Shown here: piece after piece, positions 26,501-40,500 of the stretch | How the letters are laid out: each line of letters starts with the position of its first letter | Numbering within the stretch: position 1 is the first letter of the stretch | Assembly: GCA_030704615.1 (NCBI GenBank) | Contig: CM060734.1 | Location: forward strand, 27,094,001-27,158,000 | DNA length: 64,000 nt | From: Takakia lepidozioides | Taxonomy: Eukaryota > Plantae > Bryophyta | Direction: 5' to 3' | Notes under the pieces: model-generated | Seen by the model: the letters and a program-made list of their open reading frames with translations, nothing else | The model's database searches: none | What the model was told of the DNA's origin: nothing | Program-made: the position numbers and the translations under genes

Positions 26501-29500
26501 CTCGCAAAGATTGAAAGCAATCAAAAATTCATTTGAACATCGAACGATGGGTTCACCCTTTCAATCAATTTTGATTGACTTGATACTCGACACGTACCTC
26601 TGACAAGGTATGTCCAACACACTCGCAATGTTTGAAAGCAATCAAAAATCATTTGAACATCGAACGATGGGTTCACCCTTTCAATCAATTTTGATTGACT
26701 TCATACTTGAGAGGAGCATGTGACAAGGTATGTCCAACACACTCGCAATGTTTGAAAGCAATCAAAATCATTTGAACATCGAACGATGGGTTCACCCTTT
26801 CAATCAATTTTGATTGACTTCATACTTGAGAGGAGCATGTGACAAGGTATGTCCAACACACTCGCAAAGTTTGAAAGCAATCAAAAATTCATTTGAACAT
26901 CGAACGATGGGTTCACCCTTTGAATCAATTTCGATTGACCTCATACTCGACACGTACCTCTGACAAGGTATGTCCAACACACTCGCAATGTTTGAAAGCA
27001 ATCAAAATCATTTGAACATCGAACGATGGGTTCACCCTTTCAATCAATTTTGATTGACTTCATACTTGAGAGGAGCATGTGACAAGGTATGTCCAACACA
27101 CTCGCAATGTTTGAAAGCAATCAAAATCATTTGAACATCGAACGATGGGTTCACCCTTTCAATCAATTTTGATTGACTTCATACTTGAGAGGAGCATGTG
27201 ACAAGGTATGTCCAACACACTCGCAAAGATTGAAAGCAATCAAAATTCATTTGAACATCGAACGATGGGTTCACCCTTTGAATCAATTTCGATTGACCTG
27301 ATACTTGACACGTACCTCTGACAAGGTATGTCCAACACACTCGCAATGTTTGAAAGCAATCAAAAATTCATTTGAACATCGAACGATGGGTTCACCCTTT
27401 CAATCAATTTTGATTGACTTCATACTTGACACGTACCTCTGACAAGGTATGTCCAACACACTCGCAATGTTGAAAGCAATCAAAATCATTTGAACATCGA
27501 ACGATGGGTTCACCCTTTCAATCAATTTTGATTGACTTCATACTTGAGAGGAGCATGTGACAAGGTATGTCCAACACACTCGCAATGTTTGAAAGCAATC
27601 AAAAATCATTTGAACATCGAACGATGGGTTCACCCTTTCAATCAATTTTGATTGACTTCATACTTGAGAGGAGCATGTGACAAGGTATGTCCAACACACT
27701 CGCAAAGATTGAAAGCAATCAAAATTCATTTGAACATCGAACGATGGGTTCACCCTTTCAATCAATTTCGATTGACCTCATACTTGAGAGGAGCATGTGA
27801 CAAGGTATGTCCAACACACTCGCAATGTTTGAAAGCAATCAAAAATTCATTTGAACATCGAACGATGGGTTCACCCTTTCAATCAATTTTGATTGACTGA
27901 TACTTGAGAGGAGCCTGTGACAAGGTATGTCCAACACACTCGCAATGTTTGAAAGCAATCAAAAATTCATTTGAACATCGAACGATGGGTTCACCCTTTG
28001 AATCAATTTTGATTGACCTGATACTCGACACGTACCTCTGACAAGGTATGTCCAACACACTCGCAATGTTTGAAAGCAATCAAAATCATTTGAACATCGA
28101 ACGATGGGTTCACCCTTTCAATCAATTTTGATTGACTTCATACTTGAGAGGAGCATGTGACAAGGTATGTCCAACACACTCGCAAAGATTGAAAGCAATC
28201 AAAAATTCATTTGAACATCGAACGATGGGTTCACCCTTGAATCAATTTCGATTGACCTGATACTCGACACGTACCTCTGACAAGGTATGTCCAACACACT
28301 CGCAATGTTTGAAAGCAATCAAAATCATTTGAACATCGAACGATGGGTTCACCCTTTCAATCAATTTTGATTGACTTCATACTTGAGAGGAGCATGTGAC
28401 AAGGTATGTCCAACACACTCGCAAAGATTGAAAGCAATCAAAATTCATTTGAACATCGAACGATGGGTTCACCCTTTCAATCAATTTTGATTGACTTCAT
28501 ACTTGAGAGGAGCATGTGACAAGGTATGTCCAACACACTCGCAAAGATTGAAAGCAATCAAAAATCATTTGAACATCGAACGATGGGTTCACCCTTTGAA
28601 TCAATTTCGATTGACCTGATACTCGACACGTACCTCTGACAAGGTATGTCCAACACACTCGCAATGTTTGAAAGCAATCAAAATTCATTTGAACATCGAA
28701 CGATGGGTTCACCCTTTCAATCAATTTTGATTGACTTCATACTTGAGAGGAGCATGTGACAAGGTATGTCCAACACACTCGCAAAGATTGAAAGCAATCA
28801 AAAATTCATTTGAACATCGAACGATGGGTTCACCCTTTGAATCAATTTCGATTGACCTCATACTTGAGAGGAGCATGTGACAAGGTATGTCCAACACACT
28901 CGCAATGTTTGAAAGCAATCAAAAATTCATTTGAACATCGAACGATGGGTTCACCCTTTCAATCAATTTTGATTGACTTCATACTTGAGAGGAGCATGTG
29001 ACAAGGTATGTCCAACACACTCGCAAAGATTGAAAGCAATCAAAAATTCATTTGAACATCGAACGATGGGTTCACCCTTTCAATCAATTTCGATTGACCT
29101 GATACTCGACACGTACCTCTGACAAGGTATGTCCAACACACTCGCAAAGTTTGAAAGCAATCAAAAATCATTTGAACATCGAACGATGGGTTCACCCTTT
29201 GAATCAATTTCGATTGACCTGATACTGACACGTACCTCTGACAAGGTATGTCCAACACACTCGCAATGTTTGAAAGCAATCAAAATCATTTGAACATCGA
29301 ACGATGGGTTCACCCTTTCAATCAATTTTGATTGACTTCATACTTGAGAGGAGCATGTGACAAGGTATGTCCAACACACTCGCAAAGATTGAAAGCAATC
29401 AAAATTCATTTGAACATCGAACGATGGGTTCACCCTTTGAATCAATTTCGATTGACCTGATACTCGACACGTACCTCTGACAAGGTATGTCCAACACACT

Positions 29501-32500
29501 CGCAATGTTTGAAAGCAATCAAAAATCATTTGAACATCGAACGATGGGTTCACCCTTTCAATCAATTTTGATTGACTTCATACTTGAGAGGAGCATGTGA
29601 CAAGGTATGTCCAACACACTCGCAAAGATTTGAAAGCAATCAAAAATTCATTTGAACATCGAACGATGGGTTCACCCTTTGAATCAATTTCGATTGACCT
29701 GATACTCGACACGTACCTCTGACAAGGTATGTCCAACACACTCGCAATGTTTGAAAGCAATCAAAATCATTTGAACATCGAACGATGGGTTCACCCTTTC
29801 AATCAATTTTGATTGACTTCATACTTGAGAGGAGCATGTGACAAGGTATGTCCAACACACTCGCAAAGATTGAAAGCAATCAAAAATTCATTTGAACATC
29901 GAACGATGGGTTCACCCTTTGAATCAATTTTGATTGACGTGATACTCGACACGTACCTCTGACAAGGTATGTCCAACACACTCGCAATGTTTGAAAGCAA
30001 TCAAAAATCATTTGAACATCGAACGATGGGTTCACCCTTTCAATCAATTTTGATTGACTTCATACTTGAGAGGAGCATGTGACAAGGTATGTCCAACACA
30101 CTCGCAAAGATTGAAAGCAATCAAAAATTCATTTGAACATCGAACGATGGGTTCACCCTTTGAATCAATTTTGATTGACCTGATACTCGACACGTACCTC
30201 TGACAAGGTATGTCCAACACACTCGCAATGTTTGAAAGCAATCAAAATCATTTGAACATCGAACGATGGGTTCACCCTTTCAATCAATTTTGATTGACTT
30301 CATACTTGAGAGGAGCATGTGACAAGGTATGTCCAACACACTCGCAAAGATTGAAAGCAATCAAAAATTCATTTGAACATCGAACGATGGGTTCACCCTT
30401 TGAATCAATTTCGATTGACCTCATACTCGACACGTACCTCTGACAAGGTATGTCCAACACACTCGCAATGTTTGAAAGCAATCAAAAATCATTTGAACAT
30501 CGAACGATGGGTTCACCCTTTCAATCAATTTTGATTGACTTCATACTTGAGAGGAGCATGTGACAAGGTATGTCCAACACACTCGCAAAGATTGAAAGCA
30601 ATCAAAAATTCATTTGAACATCGAACGATGGGTTCACCCTTTGAATCAATTTCGATTGACCTGATACTCGACACGTACCTCTGACAAGGTATGTCCAACA
30701 CACTCGCAATGTTTGAAAGCAATCAAAATCATTTGAACATCGAACGATGGGTTCACCCTTTCAATCAATTTTGATTGACTTCATACTTGAGAGGAGCATG
30801 TGACAAGGTATGTCCAACACACTCGCAATGTTTGAAAGCAATCAAAATCATTTGAACATCGAACGATGGGTTCACCCTTTCAATCAATTTTGATTGACTT
30901 CATACTTGAGAGGAGCATGTGACAAGGTATGTCCAACACACTCGCAATGTTGAAAGCAATCAAAAATCATTTGAACATCGAACGATGGGTTCACCCTTTC
31001 AATCAATTTTGATTGACTTCATACTTGAGAGGAGCATGTGACAAGGTATGTCCAACACACTCGCAATGTTTGAAAGCAATCAAAAATCATTTGAACATCG
31101 AACGATGGGTTCACCCTTTCAATCAATTTTGATTGACTTCATACTTGAGAGGAGCATGTGACAAGGTATGTCCAACACACTCGCAAAGATTGAAAGCAAT
31201 CAAAAATTCATTTGAACATCGAACGATGGGTTCACCCTTTGAATCAATTTCGATTGACCTGATACTCGACACGTACCTCTGACAAGGTATGTCCAACACA
31301 CTCGCAATGTTTGAAAGCAATCAAAATCATTTGAACATCGAACGATGGGTTCACCCTTTCAATCAATTTTGATTGACTTCATACTTGAGAGGAGCATGTG
31401 ACAAGGTATGTCCAACACACTCGCAAAGATTGAAAGCAATCAAAAATTCATTTGAACATCGAACGATGGGTTCACCCTTTCAATCAATTTCGATTGACCT
31501 GATACTCGACACGTACCTCTGACAAGGTATGTCCAACACACTCGCAATGTTTGAAAGCAATCAAAAATCATTTGAACATCGAACGATGGGTTCACCCTTT
31601 CAATCAATTTTGATTGACTTGATACTCGACACGTACCTCTGACAAGGTATGTCCAACACACTCGCAATGTTTGAAAGCAATCAAAAATCATTTGAACATC
31701 GAACGATGGGTTCACCCTTTCAATCAATTTTGATTGACTTCATACTTGAGAGGAGCATGTGACAAGGTATGTCCAACACACTCGCAAAGATTGAAAGCAA
31801 TCAAAAATTCATTTGAACATCGAACGATGGGTTCACCCTTTCAATCAATTTTGATTGACTTCATACTTGAGAGGAGCATGTGACAAGGTATGTCCAACAC
31901 ACTCGCAAAGATTGAAAGCAATCAAAAATTCATTTGAACATCGAACGATGGGTTCACCCTTTGAATCAATTTTGATTGACTGATACTCGACACGTACCTC
32001 TGACAAGGTATGTCCAACACACTCGCAATGTTTGAAAGCAATCAAAATCATTTGAACATCGAACGATGGGTTCACCCTTTCAATCAATTTTGATTGACTT
32101 CATACTTGAGAGGAGCATGTGACAAGGTATGTCCAACACACTCGCAATGTTTGAAAGCAATCAAAAATCATTTGAACATCGAACGATGGGTTCACCCTTT
32201 CAATCAATTTTGATTGACTTCATACTTGAGAGGAGCATGTGACAAGGTATGTCCAACACACTCGCAATGTTTGAAAGCAATCAAAATCATTTGAACATCG
32301 AACGATGGGTTCACCCTTTCAATCAATTTGATTGACTTCATACTTGAGAGGAGCATGTGACAAGGTATGTCCAACACACTCGCATGTTTGAAAGCAATCA
32401 AAAATTCATTTGAACATCGAACGATGGGTTCACCCTTTCAATCAATTTTGATTGACTTCATACTTGAGAGGAGCATGTGACAAGGTATGTCCAACACACT

Positions 32501-35500
32501 CGCAAGATTGAAAGCAATCAAAAATTCATTTGAACATCGAACGATGGGTTCACCCTTTCAATCAATTTCGATTGACCTCATACTTGAGAGGAGCATGTGA
32601 CAAGGTATGTCCAACACACTCGCAAAGATTGAAAGCAATCAAAAATTCATTTGAACATCGAACGATGGGTTCACCCTTTCAATCAATTTCGATTGACTTC
32701 ATACTTGAGAGGAGCATGTGACAAGGTATGTCCAACACACTCGCAAAGATTGAAAGCAATCAAAATTCATTTGAACATCGAACGATGGGTTCACCCTTTG
32801 AATCAATTTCGATTGACTGATACTTGACACGTACCTGTGACAAGGTATGTCCAACACACTCGCAATGTTTGAAAGCAATCAAAAATCATTTGAACATCGA
32901 ACGATGGGTTCACCCTTTGAATCAATTTCGATTGACCTGATACTTGACACGTACCTCTGACAAGGTATGTCCAACACACTCGCAATGTTTGAAAGCAATC
33001 AAAATCATTTGAACATCGAACGATGGGTTCACCCTTTCAATCAATTTTGATTGACTTCATACTTGAGAGGAGCATGTGACAAGGTATGTCCAACACACTC
33101 GCAATGTTTGAAAGCAATCAAAAATCATTTGAACATCGAACGATGGGTTCACCCTTGAATCAATTTCGATTGACCTGATACTTGACACGTACCTCTGACA
33201 AGGTATGTCCAACACACTCGCAATGTTTGAAAGCAATCAAAATCATTTGAACATCGAACGATGGGTTCACCCTTTCAATCAATTTTGATTGACTTCATAC
33301 TTGAGAGGAGCATGTGACAAGGTATGTCCAACACACTCGCAAGATTGAAAGCAATCAAAATCATTTGAACATCGAACGATGGGTTCACCCTTTCAATCAA
33401 TTTTGATTGACTTCATACTTGAGAGGAGCATGTGACAAGGTATGTCCAACACACTCGCAATGTTTGAAAGCAATCAAAAATTCATTTGAACATCGAACGA
33501 TGGGTTCACCCTTTCAATCAATTTTGATTGACTTCATACTTGAGAGGAGCATGTGACAAGGTATGTCCAACACACTCGCAAAGATTGAAAGCAATCAAAA
33601 ATTCATTTGAACATCGAACGATGGGTTCACCCTTTGAATCAATTTCGATTGACCTCATACTTGAGAGGAGCATGACAAGGTATGTCCAACACACTCGCAA
33701 TGTTTGAAAGCAATCAAAAATTCATTTGAACATCGAACGATGGGTTCACCCTTTCAATCAATTTTGATTGACCTGATACTTGACAGGACTCTGACAAGGT
33801 ATGTCCAACACACTCGCAATGTTTGAAAGCAATCAAAATTCATTTGAACATCGAACGATGGGTTCACCCTTTGAATCAATTTCGATTGACCTGATACTCG
33901 ACACGTACCTCTGACAAGGTATGTCCAACACACTCGCAATGTTTGAAAGCAATCAAAATCATTTGAACATCGAACGATGGGTTCACCCTTTCAATCAATT
34001 TTGATTGACTTCATACTTGAGAGGAGCATGTGACAAGGTATGTCCAACACACTCGCAAAGATTGAAAGCAATCAAAAATTCATTTGAACATCGAACGATG
34101 GGTTCACCCTTCGAATCAATTTCGATTGACGTCATACTCGACACGTACCTCTGACAAGGTATGTCCAACACACTCGCAATGTTTGAAAGCAATCAAAAAT
34201 CATTTGAACATCGAACGATGGGTTCACCCTTTCAATCAATTTTGATTGACTTCATACTTGAGAGGAGCATGTGACAAGGTATGTCCAACACACTCGCAAA
34301 ATTGAAAGCAATCAAAATTCATTTGAACATCGAACGATGGGTTCACCCTTTCAATCAATTTGATTGACTTCATACTTGAGAGGAGCATGTGACAAGGTAT
34401 GTCCAACACACTCGCAAAGATTGAAAGCAATCAAAAATCATTTGAACATCGAACGATGGGTTCACCCTTGAATCAATTTCGATTGACCTGATACTCGACA
34501 CGTACCTCGACAAGGTATGTCCAACACACTCGCAATGTTTGAAAGCAATCAAAATTCATTTGAACATCGAACGATGGGTTCACCCTTTCAATCAATTTTG
34601 ATTGACTTCATACTTGAGAGGAGCATGTGACAAGGTATGTCCAACACACTCGCAAAGATTGAAAGCAATCAAAATTCATTTGAACATCGAACGATGGGTT
34701 CACCCTTTCAATCAATTTCGATTGACCTCATACTTGAGAGGAGCATTGACAAGGTATGTCCAACACACTCGCAAAGATTGAAAGCAATCAAAAATTCATT
34801 TGAACATCGAACGATGGGTTCACCCTTTCAATCAATTTTGATTGACTTCATACTTAGAGGAGCATGTGACAAGGTATGTCCAACACACTCGCAAAGTTTG
34901 AAAGCAATCAAAAATTCATTTGAACATCGAACGATGGGTTCACCCTTTAATCAATTTCGATTGACCTGATACTCCACACGTACCTCTGACAAGGTATGTC
35001 CAACACACTCGCAATGTTTGAAAGCAATCAAAATCATTTGAACATCGAACGATGGGTTCACCCTTTCAATCAATTTTGATTGACTTCATACTTGAGAGGA
35101 GCATGTGACAAGGTATGTCCAACACACTCGCAAAGTTTGAAAGCAATCAAAAATCATTTGAACATCGAACGATGGGTTCACCCTTTGAATCAATTTCGAT
35201 TGACCTGATACTCACACGTACCTCTGACAAGGTATGTCCAACACACTCGCAATGTTTGAAAAGCAATTCATTTGAACATCGAACGATGGGTTCACCCTTT
35301 CAATCAATTTTGATTGACTTCATACTTGAGAGGAGCATGTGACAAGGTATGTCCAACACACTCGCAAAGATTGAAAGCAATCAAAATTCATTTGAACATC
35401 GAACGATGGGTTCACCCTTTGAATCAATTCGATTGACTTCATACTTGAGAGAGCATGTGACAAGGTATGTCCAACACACTCGCAAAGATTGAAAGCAATC

Positions 35501-37500
35501 AAAAATCATTTGAACATCGAACGATGGGTTCACCCTTTCAATCAATTTTGATTGACTTCATACTTGAGAGGAGCATGTGACAAGGTATGTCCAACACCTC
35601 GCAAGTTTGAAAGCAATCAAAAATTCATTTGAACATCGAACGATGGGTTCACCCTTTGAATCAATTTCGATTGACCTGATACTCGACACGTACCTCTGAC
35701 AAGGTATGTCCAACACACTCGCAATGTTTGAAAGCAATCAAAAATCATTTGAACATCGAACGATGGGTTCACCCTTTCAATCAATTTGATTGACTTCATA
35801 CTTGAGAGGAGCATGTGACAAGGTATGTCCAACACACTCGCAATGTTTGAAAGCAATCAAAAATCATTTGAACATCGAACGATGGGTTCACCCTTTGAAT
35901 CATTTCGATTGACGTCATACTTGACACGTACCTCTGACAAGGTATGTCCAACACACTCGCAATGTTTGAAAGCAATCAAAAATCATTTGAACATCGAACG
36001 ATGGGTTCACCCTTTCAATCAATTTTGATTGACTTCATACTTGAGAGGAGCATGTGACAAGGTATGTCCAACACACTCGCAAAGATTGAAAGCAATAATC
36101 AAAAATTCATTTGAACATCGAACGATGGGTTCACCCTTCGAATCAATTTCGATTGACTTGATACTCGACACGTACCTCTGACAAGGTATGTCCAACACAC
36201 TCGCAATGTTTGAAAGCAATCAAAATCATTTGAACATCGAACGATGGGTTCACCCTTTCAATCAATTTTGATTGACTTCATACTTGAGAGGAGCATGTGA
36301 CAAGGTATGTCCAACACACTCGCAAAGATTGAAAGCAATCAAAATCATTTGAACATCGAACGATGGGTTCACCCTTTCAATCAATTTTGATTGACTTCAT
36401 ACTTGAGAGGAGCATGTGACAAGGTATGTCCAACACACTCGCAAGATTGAAAGCAATCAAAAATCATTTGAACATCGAACGATGGGTTCACCCTTTGAAT
36501 CAATTTCGATTGACCTGATACTTGCACGTACCTCTGACAAGGTATGTCCAACACACTCGCAATGTTTGAAAGCAATCAAATCATTTGAACATCGAACGAT
36601 GGGTTCACCCTTTCAATCAATTTTGATTGACTTCATACTTGAGAGGAGCATGTGACAAGGTATGTCCAACACACTCGCAAAGATTGAAAGCAATCAAAAT
36701 TCATTTGAACATCGAACGATGGGTTCACCCTTTGAATCAATTTCGATTGACTTCATACTTGACAGGTAGCATGTGACAAGGTATGTCCAACACACTCGCA
36801 AAGATTGAAAGCAATCAAAAATTCATTTGAACATCGAACGATGGGTTCACCCTTTGAATCAATTTCGATTGACCTGATACTCGACACGTACCTCTGACAA
36901 GGTATGTCCAACACACTCGCAATGTTTGAAAGCAATCAAAGATCATTTGAACATCGAACGATGGGTTCACCCTTTCAATCAATTTTGATTGACTTCATAC
37001 TTGAGAGGAGCATGTGACAAGGTATGTCCAACACACTCGCAAAGATTGAAAGCAATCAAAAATTCATTTGAACATCGAACGATGGGTTCACCCTTTGAAT
37101 CAATTTCGATTGACCTGATACTCGACACGTACCTCTGACAAGGTATGTCCAACACACTCGCAATGTTTGAAAGCAATCAAAATCATTTGAACATCGAACG
37201 ATGGGTTCACCCTTTGAATCAATTTCGATTGACTTCATACTTGACAGGACCTGTGACAAGGTATGTCCAACACACTCGCAATGATTGAAAGCAATCAAAA
37301 ATCATTTGAACATCGAACGATGGGTTCACCCTTGAATCAATTTCGATTGACGTGATACTCGACACGTACCTCTGACAAGGTATGTCCAACACACTCGCAA
37401 TGTTTGAAAGCAATCAAAATCATTTGAACATCGAACGATGGGTTCACCCCTTTCAATCAATTTTGATTGACTTCATACTTGAGAGGAGCATGTGACAAGG
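14600..37500 (-). repeat. ~11-kb (92-monomer) higher-order repeat or large tandem duplication, ~2 copies
   Basis: The A/B/hybrid order at position x matches that at x+~11.0 kb for ~100 consecutive monomers, e.g. (AB)6-AAAA-B-A-BB at ~18360 and ~29340; typed by eye. Confidence 0.75.
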
Positions 37501-40500
37501 TATGTCCAACACACTCGCAAGATTGAAAGCAATCAAAATTCATTTGAACATCGAACGATGGGTTCACCCTTTCAATCAATTTTGATTGACTTCATACTTG
37601 AGAGGAGCATGTGACAAGGTATGTCCAACACACTCGCAAAGATTGAAAGCATCAAAATTCATTTGAACATCGAACGATGGGTTTCCCCTTTCAATCAATT
37701 TTGATTGACTTCATACTCGACACGTACCTGACAAGGTATGTCCAACACACTCGCAATGTTTGAAAGCAATCAAAATTCATTTGAACATCGAACGATGGGT
37801 TCACCCTTTCAATCAATTTTGATTGACTTCATACTTGAGAGGAGCATGTGACAAGGTATGTCCAACACACTCGCAAAGATTGAAAGCAATCAAAAATCAT
37901 TTGAACATCGAACGATGGGTTCACCCTTTGAATCAATTTCGATTGACTCATACTTGAGAGCATGTGACAAGGTATGTCCAACACACTCGCAATGTTGAAA
38001 GCAATCAAAAATTCATTTGAACATCGAACGATGGGTTCACCCTTTGAATCAATTTGATTGACTGATACTCGACACGTACCTCTGACAAGGTATGTCCAAC
38101 ACACTCGCAATGTTTGAAAGCAATCAAAAATCATTTGAACATCGAACGATGGGTTCACCCTTTGAATCAATTTTGATTGACTTGATACTCGACACGTACC
38201 TGTGACAAGGTATGTCCAACACCTCGCAATGTTTGAAAGCAATCAAAATTCATTTGAACATCGAACGATGGTTTCACCCTTTGAATCAATTTCGATTGAC
38301 TTCATACTTGACACGTACCTCTGACAAGGTATGTCCAACACACTCGCAATGTTTGAAAGCAATCAAAATCATTTGAACATCGAACGATGGGTTCACCCTT
38401 TCAATCAATTTTGATTGACTTCATACTTGAGAGGAGCATGTGACAAGGTATGTCCAACACACTCGCAAGATTGAAAGCAATCAAAATCATTTGAACATCG
38501 AACGATGGGTTCACCTTTCAATCAATTTTGATTGACTTCATACTTGAGAGGCATGTGACAAGGTATGTCCAACACACTCGCAAGATTTGAAAGCAATCAA
38601 AAATCATTTGAACATCGAACGATGGGTTCACCCTTTGAATCATTTTGATTGACTTGATACTTGACAGGACCTCTGACAAGGTATGTCCAACACACTCGCA
38701 ATGTTTGAAAGCAATCAAAATCATTTGAACATCGAACGATGGGTTCACCCTTTCAATCAATTTTGATTGACTTCATACTTGAGAGGACATGTGACAAGGT
38801 ATGTCCAACACACTCGCAAAGATTTGAAAGCAATCAAAAATTCATTTGAACATCGAACGATGGGTTCACCCTTTGAATCAATTTTGATTGACGTGATACT
38901 CGACACGTACCTCTGACAAGGTATGTCCAACACACTCGCAATGTTTGAAAGCAATCAAAAATCATTTGAACATCGAACGATGGGTTCACCCTTTCAATCA
39001 ATTTTGATTGACTTCATACTTGAGAGGAGCATGTGACAGGTATGTCCAACACACTCGCAATGTTTGAAAGCAATCAAAAATCATTTGAACATCGAACGAT
39101 GGGTTCACCCTTTGAATCAATTCGATTGACCTGATACTCCACACTACCTCTGACAAGGTATGTCCAACACACTCGCAATGTTTGAAAGCAATCAAATCAT
39201 TTGAACATCGAACGATGGGTTCACCCTTTCAATCATTTGATTGACTTCATACTTGAGAGGAGCATGTGACAAGGTATGTCCAACACACTCAAAGATTGAA
39301 AGCAATCAAAATTTATTTGAACATCGAACGATGGGTTCACCCTTTGAATCAATTTCGATTGACCTGATACTCGACACGTACCTCTGACAAGGTATGTCCA
39401 ACACACTCGCAATGTTTGAAAGCAATCAAAATCATTTGAACATCGAACGATGGGTTCACCCTTTCAATCAATTTGATTGACTTCATACTTGAGAGGACCT
39501 GTGACAAGGTATGTCCAACACACTCGCAATGTTGAAAGCAATCAAAATTCATTTGAACATCGAACGATGGGTTCACCCTTTGAATCAATTTCGATTGACG
39601 TGATACTCGACACGTACCTCTGACAAGGTATGTCCAACACACTCGCAATGTTTGAAAGCAATCAAAATCATTTGAACATCGAACGATGGGTTCACCCTTT
39701 CAATCAATTTTGATTGACTTCATACTTGAGAGGAGCATGTGACAAGGTATGTCCAACACACTCGCAAAGATTGAAAGCAATCAAAAATTCATTTGAACAT
39801 CGAACGATGGGTTCACCCTTTGAATCAATTTCGATTGACCTGATACTCGACACGTACCTCTGACAAGGTATGTCCAACACACTCGCAATTTTGAAAGCAA
39901 TCAAAAATCATTTGAACATCGAACGATGGGTTCACCCTTTCAATCATTTTGATTGACTTCATACTTGAGAGGAGCATGTGACAAGGTATGTCCAACACAC
40001 TCGCAAAGATTGAAAGCAATCAAAATTCATTTGAACATCGAACGATGGGTTCACCCTTTCAATCAATTTTGATTGACTTCATACTTGAGAGGAGCATGTG
40101 ACAAGGTATGTCCAACACACTCGCAAAGATTGAAAGCAATCAAAAATTCATTTGAACATCGAACGATGGGTTCACCCTTTGAATCAATTTCGATTGACCT
40201 GATACTCGACACGTACCTCTGACAAGGTATGCCAACACACTCGCAATGTTTGAAAGCAATCAAAAATTCATGATGAAAATTTGACATCGATGATGGTTCA
40301 CCCTTTCAATCAATTTTGATTGACTTCAACTTGAAGGACATGTGACAAGGTATGTCCAACCACACCTCGCAAGATTGAAAGCAATCAAAAATCATTTGAA
40401 CATCGAACGATGGGTTCACCCTTTCAATCAATTTTGATTGACTTCATACTTGAGAGGAGCATGTGACAAGGTATGTCCAACACACTCGCAAGATTGAAAG

